Source of the DNA: Meyerozyma guilliermondii | Taxonomy: Eukaryota | Length of the DNA stretch: 64,000 nucleotides | Reading direction: 5' to 3' | NCBI GenBank assembly: GCA_051546255.1 | Contig: CP128818.1 | Span: 496,001 to 560,000 of the forward strand | In this document: in pieces, positions 62,532 to 64,000 of the stretch | Layout: each line of letters begins with the position of its first letter | Position numbering within the stretch: position 1 is the stretch's first letter | Translations under genes and position numbers: made by a program | The notes under the pieces: generated by a model | What the model was told of the DNA's origin: nothing | The model's input: only the letters and a program-made list of their open reading frames with translations | The model's database searches: none

Positions 62532-64000
62532 ATGAAGTGGCAAGTATTAGTATTAGCGTTGGCTTCAATTGTGGCAGCCGATGTTTCAACTTTTAATGAA
62601 AATGATGTGAAACATTTCCTAAATGATCTTCACGTGAAATACGACGATTCGGCCTCTTTTGAAGAATTGTCTAAATTGGCCGAATCGGAGTACGAAAAGT
62701 TGCAGACGACCGGGCACAATGTTGTGGTTGATGTCAATGACGACAGAAACCAAGAAATTTTGAAATTGGCCACGAAACCAAAGGCAGATTTGCAAGATGT
62801 ATTTCCCCAAACTGAATCCAAGTGGGGCTATTTATTCAAAAACGACAAGTCTGTGAAGGATTGGGCGTTTGAAACATGGCTGGCTTCTTCGTTGAAAGAT
62901 TTCTTGCACAAGAATGGCGTTTCTTTTGGCAGAAAATCGTCAAAGCAAGAGTTGCTTGATTTGGCCAAGGAAAAGTACGACCAGATTGTTAAAGATAATG
63001 GAGTCAGTGGATCGTATGCTGGCGACTGGCTTTACCTGGGGTGGTCATTGAACGATGTCAAGAAGTGGTTGGAGGACCATGACATTGCGTTCGACCCATC
63101 GCAGACCAAGGACGATTTGATCAACTCGGTCAAGGAGAACAGTTACTTGGCCAGTTTGGAAGCAATTGACGCGAAGAACAGCTTTCTTGACTCGCTCAAG
63201 TTGGGAAGAAAGGAGGCGTTTGACAAGGGCGAAAAGATCAAGGACAGTTTTATTGACGGCTGGAGCTACCCTCAGTTGCGCGAGTGGCTTTACATCCATG
63301 GGTTTATCGACACCAAACCTGGTGTCTACGCTGAAGACTTGGATATTGAAAAGTTGAAAAAGCTTGCTAAATCACACAAGTCGTATCTTGTAAGTGACAT
63401 CAAGCAATGGCTGGAGAAAGCCAGCAAGAGTGCCGATCCTTATCTCTCCAAAGCTAGTGAGTCTGTGGAGACAGCCAAGGACTACATCAACGATACGTTC
63501 TTGGTGGGGATTGACTCGTGGTCCAAAGAAAGACTTCGTGATTTCTTGAAGGCTAGAGACGTCAAATTTCCCCAATTTGCTCTGAAGCAAGATTTGATCA
63601 ACTATGTGAAAAAGAGCGTCAATGTTCCCGTCAAGTACAAGCAATCCGACAGTCCTTTCACTGGAGTTTTGGAAGGATTGTCTTTGAATTCCGTTCAAAA
63701 GTGGTTGAGTCAGCAGGGAAAAAACGTCAATGGTGCCAGAAAGGATGCTTTGTCGCTGTTGAAAGAGTACTACGAAAGCAAGGGTTCTGATATTCAGACC
63801 CAGATTGACTTGCACAAGCCCGATCTCGACGATTACCGTGAGAGTGTTACCAGTTCTGTGCGTTCGTTCCAGCTGAGTTTAGGTGATTCTGCTGATAAGG
63901 CCGAGAAGATTGCCGAGTCGGAAAAGTCTCTTGCTGAAGACGCCATTTTGTCCAGCTACAATGTGGCAGTTCAATACTATGACGAAGCGTCGAAGTACTT
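62532..64000 (+). CDS. MSC1: Ish1/Msc1-family nuclear envelope stress protein (3' partial, absent from the ORF track)
   Basis: MKWQVLVLALASIVAA signal peptide followed by repeated W-S-x-x-x-L-x-x-(F/W)-L units (FETWSASSLKDFL, GWSYPQLREWL, DSWSKERLRDFL). The frame runs off the window end. Confidence 0.85.
   Translation, partial: MKWQVLVLALASIVAADVSTFNENDVKHFLNDLHVKYDDSASFEELSKLAESEYEKLQTTGHNVVVDVNDDRNQEILKLATKPKADLQDVFPQTESKWGYLFKNDKSVKDWAFETWLASSLKDFLHKNGVSFGRKSSKQELLDLAKEKYDQIVKDNGVSGSYAGDWLYLGWSLNDVKKWLEDHDIAFDPSQTKDDLINSVKENSYLASLEAIDAKNSFLDSLKLGRKEAFDKGEKIKDSFIDGWSYPQLREWLYIHGFIDTKPGVYAEDLDIEKLKKLAKSHKSYLVSDIKQWLEKASKSADPYLSKASESVETAKDYINDTFLVGIDSWSKERLRDFLKARDVKFPQFALKQDLINYVKKSVNVPVKYKQSDSPFTGVLEGLSLNSVQKWLSQQGKNVNGARKDALSLLKEYYESKGSDIQTQIDLHKPDLDDYRESVTSSVRSFQLSLGDSADKAEKIAESEKSLAEDAILSSYNVAVQYYDEASKY

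Noticed and set aside
62336..62596. Cys-rich ORF resembling a metallothionein
   Set aside because: It starts just after the ERG13 stop, spans the MSC1 promoter and overlaps the MSC1 start. The Cys run derives from TGC/TGT low-complexity sequence.

Overview
Gene-dense eukaryotic DNA from a budding yeast of the CUG-Ser (CTG) clade. Meyerozyma-like is an inference from gene content and compactness. CTG occupies invariant Ser positions in several proteins, so the supplied ORF track mistranslates these codons, and many of its starts are non-ATG or miss short first exons. I can support about 37 protein-coding genes, including partial DYN1 and MSC1 at the window edges. Six have spliceosomal introns reconstructed from the sequence (RPS19, RPL18, PAC10, HRP1, ECM15, LYS9) and DAD1 has a probable leader intron. 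There is one tRNA-His(GUG). No transposon, rRNA or CRISPR array was seen. Best leads: (1) an intronless IMPDH with Ser251, Lys324 and Leu225, predicting mycophenolate resistance and possibly altered GTP feedback; (2) an orphan 201-aa disordered protein ending in a RAD51AP1-like motif behind an MCB/SCB-like element; (3) two probable unannotated micro-genes with their own TATA promoters (68 aa between KCS1 and DAD1, 12 aa downstream of SCJ1); (4) a cUACGg-capped hairpin in the RPL18 intron; (5) a Gcn4 site that coincides with the LYS9 branch point; (6) an a2-Mcm1 element upstream of HST6. All homology calls come from remembered motifs, not database searches.
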